The notes under the pieces are model-generated. The model was not told where the DNA came from and ran no database searches. It saw nothing but the letters and a program-made list of their open reading frames with translations. Shown here piece after piece: positions 28,660 through 37,506 of a stretch of 64,000 nt of DNA. The position numbers and the translations under genes are program-made. Source of the stretch: an uncultured delta proteobacterium (GTDB lineage Bacteria > Myxococcota > Myxococcia > Myxococcales > Anaeromyxobacteraceae); the NCBI GenBank assembly GCA_963828255.1, contig CAWHDZ010000017.1:32001-96000 (forward strand), given 5' to 3'. Each line of letters starts with the position of its first letter. Position 1 is the first letter of the stretch.

Positions 28660-29442
28660 GTGGCCCTTCACTTCTGGAAATACCACGGCCTGGGGAACGA
28701 CTTCGTCGTGGTCGAGGGCGGCGCGCCCATGGCGCCCGGGCGAGCCGTGGCCATCTGCGACCGGCACCGCGGCATCGGCGCCGACGGCGTGCTCGGCGTC
28801 CTGCCGGCCCGTGACGGCGGCGCCGCCCGCATGCACATCTTCAACCCGGACGGCTCGGTGGCCGCCATGTGCGGCAACGGGATCCGCTGCGTCGCGCGCC
28901 ACCTGGCCGAGACCCGCGCGCTCGACGGCGAGATCGTCATCGAGACCGATTCCGGGCCGCGCACCTGCACCGTCCACCGCGGTCCGGCCGGGGTGGACTC
29001 GGTCACCGTGGAGATGGGGCGCGCCCGCATCGAGGGGACCCAGGAGTTCGTGGTCGGCGTCGAGCGGGTGCGCACGCTCCGCGTCTCCATGGGAAACCCG
29101 CACGCCGTGATCCTGGACGGACCCGACGCGGCCCGTGCCGGCGTCCTGGGTCCCGCCATCGAGGCCCTGGTGCCGGGCGGCGTGAACGTCGGGTTCGGCC
29201 AGGCCGCCGGGTCTTCCGTGGACCTCGTGGTCTGGGAGCGGGGCGCCGGTCTCACCGAGGCCTGCGGCACGGGCGCCTGCGCCGCGGCGGTGGCCGCGCT
29301 GCACGAGGGGCGCCTCGACGGATCCGGCCCGGTGACGGTGTGCCTCCCCGGGGGCGCGCTCGAGATCACGGTCGGCCCCGATCTCGCCGTGCGCATGAAG
29401 GGGCCGGCGGAGAAGGTTTTCGAGGGGGAGACGGAGTTGTAG
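28660..29442 (+). CDS. dapF: Diaminopimelate epimerase
   Basis: KYHGLGNDF, GIGADG, MCGNGIRC, SMGNPHAV, WERGAGLTEACGTGACA. Confidence 0.95.
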   Translation: MALHFWKYHGLGNDFVVVEGGAPMAPGRAVAICDRHRGIGADGVLGVLPARDGGAARMHIFNPDGSVAAMCGNGIRCVARHLAETRALDGEIVIETDSGPRTCTVHRGPAGVDSVTVEMGRARIEGTQEFVVGVERVRTLRVSMGNPHAVILDGPDAARAGVLGPAIEALVPGGVNVGFGQAAGSSVDLVVWERGAGLTEACGTGACAAAVAALHEGRLDGSGPVTVCLPGGALEITVGPDLAVRMKGPAEKVFEGETEL

Positions 29443-29466
29443 GCAACAGCCGCGAAGGCGGCGCAG

Positions 29467-29790
29467 TCAGTGCGTCAACCTCCACAGCATGGCGAGTACG
29501 CGGTCGCAGAAACCCAGCGTCCTCGCGGTGGCGTCAGCTCCCAGGTACCCGAACGCCTCCGCCACCCGCAGGCAGGCGACCACCTCGTCCGCGCTGCCCG
29601 CGGCGACGCGAAACAGGTGGAGGCGGTCCTTCCCTTTGCGCCGGCTGCCCTCGCTCACGTTCAGCGGAACGGACGCTGCGGCGCGGCGGAGCTGTCTCGC
29701 GAGGTCCGGGTCTCGCCGGTCCAGATTCGCAAGCGGCCCCTCGAGCGACCGGGCCATCTCGAGAGCGACCTCGAACGCGTGAAATGTCAT
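29467..29790 (-). CDS. Four helix bundle protein (23S rRNA IVP/Avd-like family)
   Basis: [23 protein letters not shown]...[11 protein letters not shown]...[19 protein letters not shown] 6 nt upstream. Confidence 0.9.
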
Positions 29791-29797
29791 CTGCGGC

Positions 29798-29921
29798 TCC
29801 TTTCGGGTGGGGTTTGCCCCATCCGGCGCAGGACCCGTGACAGCCCGACGCGGGATCCACCCTCGAACGACCGCGGGCTGGCGCGGGGCGTGCGCCACCG
29901 AGGCAACCCCACCCGAAAGGA
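29798..29921 (-). promoter_or_regulatory. Leader stem-loop (~20-bp stem, 83-nt loop) covering the RBS of the four-helix-bundle gene
   Basis: TCCTTTCGGGTGGGGTTTGCC (29798-29818) versus GGCAACCCCACCCGAAAGGA (29902-29921): 17 perfect bp, a 1-nt bulge, then 3 bp. Confidence 0.75.
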
Positions 29922-29923
29922 CC

Positions 29924-30091
29924 GAGTCGGAGTCGGAGTCGGAGTCGGAGTCGGAGTCGGAGTCGGAGTCGGAGTCGGAGTCGGAGTCGGAGTCGGAGTC
30001 GGAGTCGGAGTCGGAGTCGGAGTCGGAGTCGGAGTCGGAGTCGGAGTCGGAGTCGGAGTCGGAGTCGGAGTCGGAGTCGGAGTCGGAGTCG
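29924..30091 (+). repeat. Perfect hexamer tandem repeat (GAGTCG)x28
   Basis: Counted directly, 168 bp. Confidence 0.97.
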
Positions 30092-30140
30092 GAAAAAATC
30101 AACTAATAGTGACACGCGTTCGCTGAACGGGCATCCATCT

Positions 30141-30320
30141 CCGAACCCGAACCCGAACCCGAACCCGAACCCGAACCCGAACCCGAACCCGAACCCGAAC
30201 CCGAACCCGAACCCGAACCCGAACCCGAACCCGAACCCGAACCCGAACCCGAACCCGAACCCGAACCCGAACCCGAACCCGAACCCGAACCCGAACCCGA
30301 ACCCGAACCCGAACCCGAAC
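30141..30320 (+). repeat. Perfect hexamer tandem repeat (CCGAAC)x30
   Basis: Counted directly, 180 bp. Confidence 0.97.
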
Positions 30321-30329
30321 CCGCCCCGT

Positions 30330-30632
30330 CTACTCCTCCCCCAGCGCCGCCCTCACGATCGGATTCGTGAGCAGCATCCGGTACTCCGCCGGGCTGAGCC
30401 ACGCCTCCCGGCTTCCTCCCCGGTACGCGAGCGACACCCTCACCCTCCCGTCCCTCGCCTCGACCCGCGCCGGCCAGCCCGCCTCCAGGTCCCTCTCGAT
30501 GGATCTCAGATGTCTGGCGATCCTGACCGCCCGCCTTCCCTCCGGCGACGACAGCGCGAGGAAGTGCCTGTTGCGGCTGAAGCCGCGGTCCTCGCGCATC
30601 CGGCGCACTGCGAGCTCGACGAAGCCTGCCAT
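30330..30632 (-). CDS. Hypothetical protein
   Basis: 100-aa ORF ([29 protein letters not shown]) co-oriented behind the hemerythrin gene. Confidence 0.65.
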
Positions 30633-30653
30633 CGTTCCCGAGGCTACCAGAGA

Positions 30654-31070
30654 TCAGCGGGGGCGGGCCCGCCGGACGAACCGCGCCATGGCCACGTCGG
30701 TGATCCCGATGTGCGTCCGCAGCCAGTCGGCGAGGAACCGATCGACGCGGACCAGTGGGTTCGCCGCATTCCCCCGGCGCCGGTGGTCGGTCTCGATCTC
30801 CAGGACCGCCTCCAGCATCGTGACGTGCTCCTCCCGGTGCCTGGCCAGGTCCGGGAAGCGCTTCTCGGCCATGAACCGCTCCTCGGCCTGGAAATGGAAC
30901 TCCACGTACTCCCGCAGGAAGGCGAGCGTCCGGTCGACCTCCGCGCCATCGTCGCCGGCGGCCGCGGCCCGGACCCGGGCGGCGCACCGGAAGAGCTCCT
31001 GGTGCTGCTCGTCGATGTCACCGATCCCGGTGACGAGCGCCGCCGTCCACTCGAGCCAGGAGGCTTCCAT
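30654..31070 (-). CDS. Bacteriohemerythrin
   Basis: LEWT..LVTGIGDIDEQH, HFQAEE, HREEH, WLRTHIGITD. Confidence 0.9.
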   Translation of the reverse strand: MEASWLEWTAALVTGIGDIDEQHQELFRCAARVRAAAAGDDGAEVDRTLAFLREYVEFHFQAEERFMAEKRFPDLARHREEHVTMLEAVLEIETDHRRRGNAANPLVRVDRFLADWLRTHIGITDVAMARFVRRARPR

Positions 31071-31113
31071 CGCCGGATCCTACCCGAGATGCCCGCCCCG
31101 GTGACAGCCGGGA

Positions 31114-32415
31114 TCAGGCGAGCGGCGAGGCAGCGGCCGCACGGGCCAGCGCCCGCCGGAGCGACCGGGCATCCGGCCCGACCGCGACCGCCACCAGGTG
31201 ACGGCGCCGGAACATGGTGCGGGCCACCCGCTGGACGTCCGCCGCGGTCACCCGCTCGACCCGCCGGCAGCGCTCCTCCAGCGTCTCGTCGGTCCCGAAG
31301 AGCTCCCCGGTCCCGAACCAGCCCACCAGCTCCGACGGGTTGTCGAGGGCGAAGGTGAGGGACATGCGGTGCCGCTCCTTCACCCGGGCCAGCTCGTCGG
31401 CGGGCAGCAGCCCGTCCCAGAGCCCGGCGGCGACCCGGAAGATCTCGCTGGTCACCCGCTCGAGGCGCGAGGGCGTGCAGGCCCCCTCGAAGGTGAAGAG
31501 CCCTCCGTCCTCGAAGGTCTCCAGGCTGGCGTGGATCGAGTAGGCGAGGCCGTGGCGCTCCACCACCTCGAAGGGGAGGCGGGAGGAGAGCCCGTCGTCG
31601 AGGAGGCGCCGGACGACCAGCGCGGCGGCGTGGTCGCGGTGCCACTCGGGGACGGCGGGGAAGGCCAGCGAGAACTCGACCTGCGCGTCGTCGTGCTCGA
31701 CGGCCCGAAGCGTGGGACCGGCCGGCCAGGCCGGCGGCGGGTCGTCGGGCCGGACGACGCCCCGGGGAAGCGCCCCGAGCCGTGGCGCTGCGAGCTCGAC
31801 CACCTCCTCGAAGGAGACCGGTCCGGCTGCAACCAGCACCACGTTGGCGCCGGTGTAGTGGCGGGCGTGGTGGGCGCGGATGGCGCCCCCGTCCAGCCCG
31901 CGGACGCTGCCCCGGGAGCCGGCGATCTTCTGACCCAGGCCGTGGCCGGGATAGGCGGTTCGCTTCACCAGGTTGTCGGGATCGACGTCGCGGCCGCGCG
32001 AGTCCACCTCGTCGAGGATCTCCTCCAGGATCACCTGACGCTCGACATCGATCTCGCGCAGAAGCGGGTGGCTGACCAGGTCCGCGATGACGTCGATGCC
32101 GGTCCCGAGCCCCGCCGGGTGGAGTGACGTGTAGAAGCAGGTGTGGTCGCGGGCGGTCATGGCGTTCATGCTCCCGCCCGCCGCCTCGACCGCCGCGTTC
32201 ATGGCGCGGCTGTCCGGGTAGCCGCGGCTGCCGCGGAACAGCAGGTGCTCCACGAAGTGGCTCACTCCGTTCGCCTCGGGCTCCTCGTGGCGAGACCCCA
32301 CCCGGACGTAGAGCGCCAGCATGGCCGAGTGGAGGCCGGGCGTACGCGCCACCACCACCCGGGCGCCGTTGGCGAACCGGGCGCGCTGCCCCATTGGAAA
32401 TGGGCCCTCCGCCAT
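31114..32415 (-). CDS. M16-family (pitrilysin) zinc peptidase
   Basis: GSRHE, SHFVEHLLFRGS (HxxEH), SSRLPFEVVERHGLAYSI. Confidence 0.9.
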   Translation of the reverse strand: MAEGPFPMGQRARFANGARVVVARTPGLHSAMLALYVRVGSRHEEPEANGVSHFVEHLLFRGSRGYPDSRAMNAAVEAAGGSMNAMTARDHTCFYTSLHPAGLGTGIDVIADLVSHPLLREIDVERQVILEEILDEVDSRGRDVDPDNLVKRTAYPGHGLGQKIAGSRGSVRGLDGGAIRAHHARHYTGANVVLVAAGPVSFEEVVELAAPRLGALPRGVVRPDDPPPAWPAGPTLRAVEHDDAQVEFSLAFPAVPEWHRDHAAALVVRRLLDDGLSSRLPFEVVERHGLAYSIHASLETFEDGGLFTFEGACTPSRLERVTSEIFRVAAGLWDGLLPADELARVKERHRMSLTFALDNPSELVGWFGTGELFGTDETLEERCRRVERVTAADVQRVARTMFRRRHLVAVAVGPDARSLRRALARAAAASPLA

Positions 32416-32471
32416 GGGAGAGCGGCCCCTCAGGGGATCCCGGAACCGCCGCGATCTCGGCTTCGTCGGCT

Positions 32472-33998
32472 TCACGCTGTCACCGTCTCCTCGCTGCCGG
32501 CGACGTCCGCTGGCGCAGGCGGGATGCATACCGAGAAAGTGGTTCCTCGGCTCACCTCGCTTTTGCATCGGATCGTCCCGCCGTGTTCCTTGACGACCTG
32601 CAAGGTGAACGCCAGGCCGAGACCGGTCCCTCCCGACTTCGTGGAAAAGAACGGTTCGAAGATTCTCTCCAGTTGTTCCGCGGGGATGCCCGATCCGGTG
32701 TCCGACACCGTCACCTCGGCGCCACCGTCCGCGGAACGGGCGGTCCGGACGGCGACCGTCCCCCCGCCGGGCATGGCCTCCCGGCTGTTGCGGAGCAGGT
32801 TCAGGAACACCGCCCGCAGCTGCCCCTCGTCGGCCCAGACCGCCGGGAGTTCCGAGGAGAAGTCGCGCGTCACCACCACCCCGGCGGCGGCCATCTCCGG
32901 GGCCACGAAGTCCACGAGCCCCCGGAGGATCTCGTTCAGGTCCTCGCGCGCCATCACCGGACGGGGGAGCCGGGCGAAGCGCAGGTACTCCTCGGCGACC
33001 GCGTTCAGGCGGTCCACCTCGCGGGTGATGGCGCCGAGGAGCGCCCGGGCCTCGGTGGAAGCCCCCGGCTCGAGCTCCTCGGCGAGCAGCTCGGCGTTCA
33101 GCCCGAGGGAGTTCAGCGGGTTGCGGATCTCGTGGGTGATGTGGGCCGAGATCCGCCCCACCGCGGCCAGCCGCTCGGCCCGGAGCAGTTCCTGCCGCTG
33201 CCGGTCCAGCGAGGCTGCCATGGCGTTGAACTCACGGGCCAGGACGCCGAGCTCGTCGCTCCCCCGGACCTCGACCTGCCGGGTGAGGTCGCCGGAGGCC
33301 ACCACCTTGACCCCCTCCGTGAGTGTCCGGATGGGGGCGAGGAGCCGCTGCGAGATGAGCGCCGCCCCGATGCCCACGAAGAGGGCCAGCAGCGCGTAGA
33401 TGACGATGGAGAGAGCCGTTCGCGACTCCTCCCGGCCGGCTGCGAGGACGAGCTCGCTCGTGTGGCTCTCCAGCGCGGCCTGGAGCAGCTTCACGTCGAG
33501 GGCGAGCGCCTTCTCCATGGTCCGGGCGGTCTGGATGGCCGCCTCCGGCGGCGCCTCCCCGGCCTCGGCCGCGTCGAGGAGCGCGCGGGCAGCGGCGTCA
33601 TAGCGGGACCAGGAGGCGTCGAGGGAGTCGAGCCGCCCCACCACCTCGGCGAGGAAGGCGCCCTCGTCGCCGGAGGCCACACCCCTGGCCCGGCCGGCCA
33701 CCGCGCGCCCCTCGGCGATCTTCTCCCGCACCAGCGAGGGGAAGCGGGCGCGGGCCAGCGGGACGAGCGCGCGGCGGGAGGCCGGGTCGAGCACGCCGGC
33801 CTCCAGGACACGCGTGGCAACCCAGTCCTTCACGTCGATCTGGGCGGCGATCCGGGTGAGGGGCAGGTACCCCTCCGACAGGAGCCTGAGCTTCCGGCCC
33901 AGGTCGTGGAGCCGGGAGATCCCGAAAGCCGAGACCAGGGCGAAGGCGAGGAGCGACACCCCGAAGGCGAGGAAGATCTTGGTGGCGACGCTGCGCAA
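32472..33998 (-). CDS. Membrane sensor histidine kinase (HAMP-HisKA-HATPase)
   Basis: Two TM segments, DELGVLAREFNAM, HEIRNPL, NLLRNS, DTGSGI, FFSTKSGGTGLGL; TTG start inferred. Confidence 0.9.
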   Translation of the reverse strand: MRSVATKIFLAFGVSLLAFALVSAFGISRLHDLGRKLRLLSEGYLPLTRIAAQIDVKDWVATRVLEAGVLDPASRRALVPLARARFPSLVREKIAEGRAVAGRARGVASGDEGAFLAEVVGRLDSLDASWSRYDAAARALLDAAEAGEAPPEAAIQTARTMEKALALDVKLLQAALESHTSELVLAAGREESRTALSIVIYALLALFVGIGAALISQRLLAPIRTLTEGVKVVASGDLTRQVEVRGSDELGVLAREFNAMAASLDRQRQELLRAERLAAVGRISAHITHEIRNPLNSLGLNAELLAEELEPGASTEARALLGAITREVDRLNAVAEEYLRFARLPRPVMAREDLNEILRGLVDFVAPEMAAAGVVVTRDFSSELPAVWADEGQLRAVFLNLLRNSREAMPGGGTVAVRTARSADGGAEVTVSDTGSGIPAEQLERIFEPFFSTKSGGTGLGLAFTLQVVKEHGGTIRCKSEVSRGTTFSVCIPPAPADVAGSEETVTA

Positions 33999-34067
33999 GG
34001 CGGGAATGTAACCCGTCGCCGGTCCGCCTTGCCAAGAGGTCGGCCCCGGCGATAGCTTCGTCCCCCC

Positions 34068-34982
34068 ATGACCGGCATCCTCCTCTTCATCTCCCTCGCC
34101 GCCGTCCTCGCGGCCGTCTACTTCTTCGCCTCCCACCGGACCTCGAGCGGCCAGCTGGCCAGCAAGGAGGAGGCGCTCCGCAAGCTCGAGGAGCAGGCGG
34201 CCAGCGCCACGAAGGAGGCCGCCGCCCTCCGGATCGAGGCGAGGGAGCGGCGCGACGAGGCCGCCCAGTTCCGCGATCAGCTGAAGGAGGCCAAGAAGAA
34301 GGCCTTCGACCAGGCCGAGTCGGTGAAGAAGGCCGCCGGCGCGCCGGCGCTGCGCGAGGAGATCGAGAAGCTCTCGACGAGGCTCGCCGACGCGCGGGCC
34401 GAGGCCTCCGCCGCGGCGGAGCGGGCCCGCGCCCTCGAGGCCCAGGCGGCCAGCGCGGCCCGGGAGCTGGAGCGCGGACGCGCCGAGGCTGCTGCAGCGG
34501 TCGAGAAGGCCCGGGCCCAGGCCCTGCAGGCGGCCCAGGCCGCAGCCGAGCCGCTGTCGGCGCCCCCGCCTCCGGCCGGCCCCGACGAGGCGCAGCTGCG
34601 GGCCGACAAGGACCGGGCCGACAAGGCCGAGGCGAAGCTCGTCGAGGTCCGCAAGAAGGCGGCCGAGATGGAGCGCGACCTCAAGGCCGCCAAGGGACGG
34701 CTCGAGACCGACAAGCGCGTCTACATGGTGCAGAAGGGCGAGCTCGACATCGCCAAGGACCGCTACCTGGAACTGAAGCGGCGCCACGACGCGCTCCGCA
34801 AGGAGCACGAGGAGCTCATCGACGCCGTCCGCCAGGCCGCCCGCGAGGAGCGGAAGGCCCAGGAGGCCGCGGGCGCTCTGGCCTCCGTCCCGGCTGCGGC
34901 CACGCCGCCCGCCGCGCCGCCCGTCGTGCCGCCCCCCGCGCCGGCGGAGGCGCTCCCGGCGTCCCCGCCCGCGGGCGAGTAG
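34068..34982 (+). CDS. Membrane-anchored coiled-coil protein of unknown function
   Basis: N-terminal TM, long Ala/Glu/Lys/Arg heptads, Pro-rich tail. Confidence 0.75.
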   Translation: MTGILLFISLAAVLAAVYFFASHRTSSGQLASKEEALRKLEEQAASATKEAAALRIEARERRDEAAQFRDQLKEAKKKAFDQAESVKKAAGAPALREEIEKLSTRLADARAEASAAAERARALEAQAASAARELERGRAEAAAAVEKARAQALQAAQAAAEPLSAPPPPAGPDEAQLRADKDRADKAEAKLVEVRKKAAEMERDLKAAKGRLETDKRVYMVQKGELDIAKDRYLELKRRHDALRKEHEELIDAVRQAAREERKAQEAAGALASVPAAATPPAAPPVVPPPAPAEALPASPPAGE

Positions 34983-35005
34983 GGACAGGGGAAGCCCTTC
35001 GCCCC

Positions 35006-36019
35006 ATGCAGAAGGCGGAGCGACTCCTCGACCTGGCGGCCCTCCTGCTGCGCGCCTCGGAGCCGGTCTCCTGGCGCGAGATCCAGGAGCAGTTCCCCGA
35101 GGACTACGGCGGCAGCGGCGAGGCGGCCATCCGCAAGTTCGAGCGGGACAAGGCCGAGTTGCTCGAGCTGGGGATCCCCGTCCGCTGGCTGGGCGGCGAC
35201 GAGGACCTCCCGGCCGGCTACCTGGTGGACAAGGAGGACTTCTACCTCCCCGACCTCAAGCTGCCCCCCGAGGACCTGGCGCTCCTCTACCTGGCCGGCT
35301 CGGCGGCGCTGGCGCAGCGCGCCTTCCCCTACGCGCGCGACCTGGCCCACGCCATGAACAAGCTCTCCTTCGCGGCGCGCGCACCGGGCGCCTCGGAGGT
35401 CGCGGCGGTGGCCTCGCTCCAGCTCTCTGCCGACGATGCGGACCAGGCCTCCCGGGCCGAGTCCTCGGCGCGGCTCGAGGCCCTCTCCATCGCGGTGGCC
35501 GGAAAGAAGCGGGTGCACCTGGTCTACGCCGGCGCCGAGCGGCAGGCCCGCACCGAGCGTGACGTGGAGCCCTACGGCCTCTACCAGCGGGGCGGCGCCT
35601 GGTTCGTGACCGGGTTCTGCACGCTGCGCCAGGACATCCGCAGCTTCCACCTGGGGCGGATCGTTTCGCTCACGGTGAACCCTGCAGCGCCGCGGACCCC
35701 CGACTTCGAGCCCCGCGAGGGCTTCTCGCTGGCCGAGCTCGCCACCCGCGAGTCCTGGGAGTTCGGCGTCCACGCCCCGGTGCGCTGCCGGGTGCGGCTC
35801 GACGGCCCGGCCAGCCCCGAGGAGCGCGACTCCTTCGGGCCGCGGGCCACCTGGAAGGAGTCGGACGGGCGGTCCGTGGCCGAGGTGATGGCCACCAACC
35901 AGGAGGCCTTCCTGCGCCACGTGCTCTCCCTGGGCGACCGGGCCGAGATCCTGGCGCCCCGTCCGCTGCGCGAGCGGGCCCGCAAGGTGCTGGCGTCGCT
36001 GGCCCGGAGGGTCTCGTGA
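35006..36019 (+). CDS. HTH-WYL-WCX transcriptional regulator, PafB-like
   Basis: KAERLLDL, RKFERDKAELLELGIP, RDVEPYGL...WFVTGFCTLRQDIRSFHLGRI. Confidence 0.88.
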   Translation: MQKAERLLDLAALLLRASEPVSWREIQEQFPEDYGGSGEAAIRKFERDKAELLELGIPVRWLGGDEDLPAGYLVDKEDFYLPDLKLPPEDLALLYLAGSAALAQRAFPYARDLAHAMNKLSFAARAPGASEVAAVASLQLSADDADQASRAESSARLEALSIAVAGKKRVHLVYAGAERQARTERDVEPYGLYQRGGAWFVTGFCTLRQDIRSFHLGRIVSLTVNPAAPRTPDFEPREGFSLAELATRESWEFGVHAPVRCRVRLDGPASPEERDSFGPRATWKESDGRSVAEVMATNQEAFLRHVLSLGDRAEILAPRPLRERARKVLASLARRVS

Positions 36020-36981
36020 CCCGCAAGGCCGCACCGGTCAAGGCCGACGCCCGGGACCGGCTGCGCCGGGTGCTCTTCCTCGTCCCCTACGCGGTCCGCC
36101 ACCCGGGCGTTCCGGTGCGGGAACTGGCCCGCAAGTGCGGGGTCCCTGAGAAGCAGATCCTCGAGGACCTCGACTTCCTGCTCGGGGTGGGCTGCCCCCC
36201 GTTCGCGCCCGACGACTTCCTCGACCTCTACGTGGAGGGGGACCGGGTCCACGTGGCCCTCCACCAGAGCTTCTCCCGCCCGCCGAGATTCACCGAGAGT
36301 GAAGCAGCGGCGCTGGCCGCGGCGGCCCGCGCGCTGGGCGGGGAGGGGACGGAGCGGGTGGTGCGCGCCCTGCGCGAGGCGGTCCCGCGCGACCGGCGCG
36401 CCATCTTCGAGGAGCTGCTCGCCTGCATCTTCGCCGGGTCGCCTCCGGCCAGGGACTCGCTCCTCGGCCGCATCGAGCAGGCCATCGCCGCCCGCCGGGC
36501 CCTGCGCATCCGCTACTTCACCGCCACACGCGGCGAGGAGAGCGAGCGGGTGGTGCACCCGTACACGCTCGCCCAGCGGCTCGGCCACTGGTACCTGTGG
36601 GGGCACGACGAGGGGCGCGGCAAGGCGCTCCCCTTCCGGCTCGACCGCATCCGCGAGTGCGCCGTGGACGAGAAGCGCTTCGAGCCGCCCACCGACGCCG
36701 AGCTGGCGCGGGGCCGCCTCTTCTCGGAGGCCAGCGGCCCCCCGGTCCGGCTGCGGCTCGGACCGGTCGCCGCGGCCTGGGCGCTGGCCCGGCCCGGGCA
36801 GTGGCGGGTGGTGAAGCGCGACCGGAAGGGCGGGGCCGAGGTCGAGGTCCCCGGCGTGAGCGACGAGTGGGCCACGCGCTTCGCCCTGTCGTTCGGAGGT
36901 GACGCCGAGGTGCTGGGCCCCCCGCCGGCCCGGCGCCACTTCGGCGACGCGGTCCGGCGCGCCCTGGCCCGGTATCCGTGA
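36016..36981 (+). CDS. HTH-WYL-WCX transcriptional regulator, PafC-like
   Basis: RLRRVLFLVPY..RHPGV, SRPPRFTESEA, RVVHPY..WYLWG..FRLDRI; GTGA overlap. Confidence 0.88.
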   Translation: MTRKAAPVKADARDRLRRVLFLVPYAVRHPGVPVRELARKCGVPEKQILEDLDFLLGVGCPPFAPDDFLDLYVEGDRVHVALHQSFSRPPRFTESEAAALAAAARALGGEGTERVVRALREAVPRDRRAIFEELLACIFAGSPPARDSLLGRIEQAIAARRALRIRYFTATRGEESERVVHPYTLAQRLGHWYLWGHDEGRGKALPFRLDRIRECAVDEKRFEPPTDAELARGRLFSEASGPPVRLRLGPVAAAWALARPGQWRVVKRDRKGGAEVEVPGVSDEWATRFALSFGGDAEVLGPPPARRHFGDAVRRALARYP

Positions 36982-37091
36982 AGGTCCCGGTCGGGGGGTA
37001 ATCGCCCCGATGGGTGGCCTTCCGGGCCAAACGGGTGACCCCAGGGTGCGCGCGGACCCGCTCAAGCAGGGCGAAATCCCTGTGCTTTATA

Positions 37092-37108
37092 TCGGCACGG
37101 GCCAAGCA
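37092..37108 (+). promoter_or_regulatory. Candidate sigma54 -24/-12 promoter
   Basis: cGGCACGggccaaGCa (GG-N10-GC) upstream of the receiver gene; TT replaced by AA. Confidence 0.35.
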
Positions 37109-37130
37109 CTCGCTCAGGGGTGAGGTGCCC

Positions 37131-37502
37131 GTGGCGCGAGTCCTGATCGTCGATGACGTGGAGATCGTTCGGAGGGCCCTGGTGGTCGGGGTCCAGAAGC
37201 TCGGTCACGAGGCCGAGGGCGCCTCGGACCCGCTGGTCGCCCTGGAACTCGCGCGCCTGCATCCACCCGATCTCGCGCTCGTGGACTACCGGATGCCGGG
37301 GATGGACGGGATCGCCTTCTTCGACGCGATGAAGCACCAGCTGGGCGACAGGTGCCCCAAGGTGCTCTTCGTCTCGGCGACGCCCCTCGACGAGGTCCGG
37401 GAGAAGCTCGTCCCCACGGGGCTCGTGGCGGCCGGCTTCGTGCGCAAGCCCTTCCACCTGGAAGACCTGTGGAAGACCGTGAAGGACGCGCTGGCGAACT
37501 GA
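37131..37502 (+). CDS. Single-domain response regulator
   Basis: VLIVDD, LVDYRMPGMDG, FVSA, RKPF. Confidence 0.88.
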   Translation: MARVLIVDDVEIVRRALVVGVQKLGHEAEGASDPLVALELARLHPPDLALVDYRMPGMDGIAFFDAMKHQLGDRCPKVLFVSATPLDEVREKLVPTGLVAAGFVRKPFHLEDLWKTVKDALAN

Positions 37503-37506
37503 GGCG

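Noticed and set aside
29467..29790. Diversity-generating retroelement (Avd-like gene)
   Set aside because: No reverse transcriptase and no TR/VR pair seen in the window.
29924..30320. Hexamer arrays as a CRISPR array or as an SD-repeat (Sdr/Clf) adhesin gene
   Set aside because: No spacers or cas genes; no signal peptide or adhesin domains; codons are perfectly uniform.
36982..37130. Possible c-di-GMP riboswitch upstream of the receiver gene
   Set aside because: Small hairpins are present, but I could not match the GEMM consensus.
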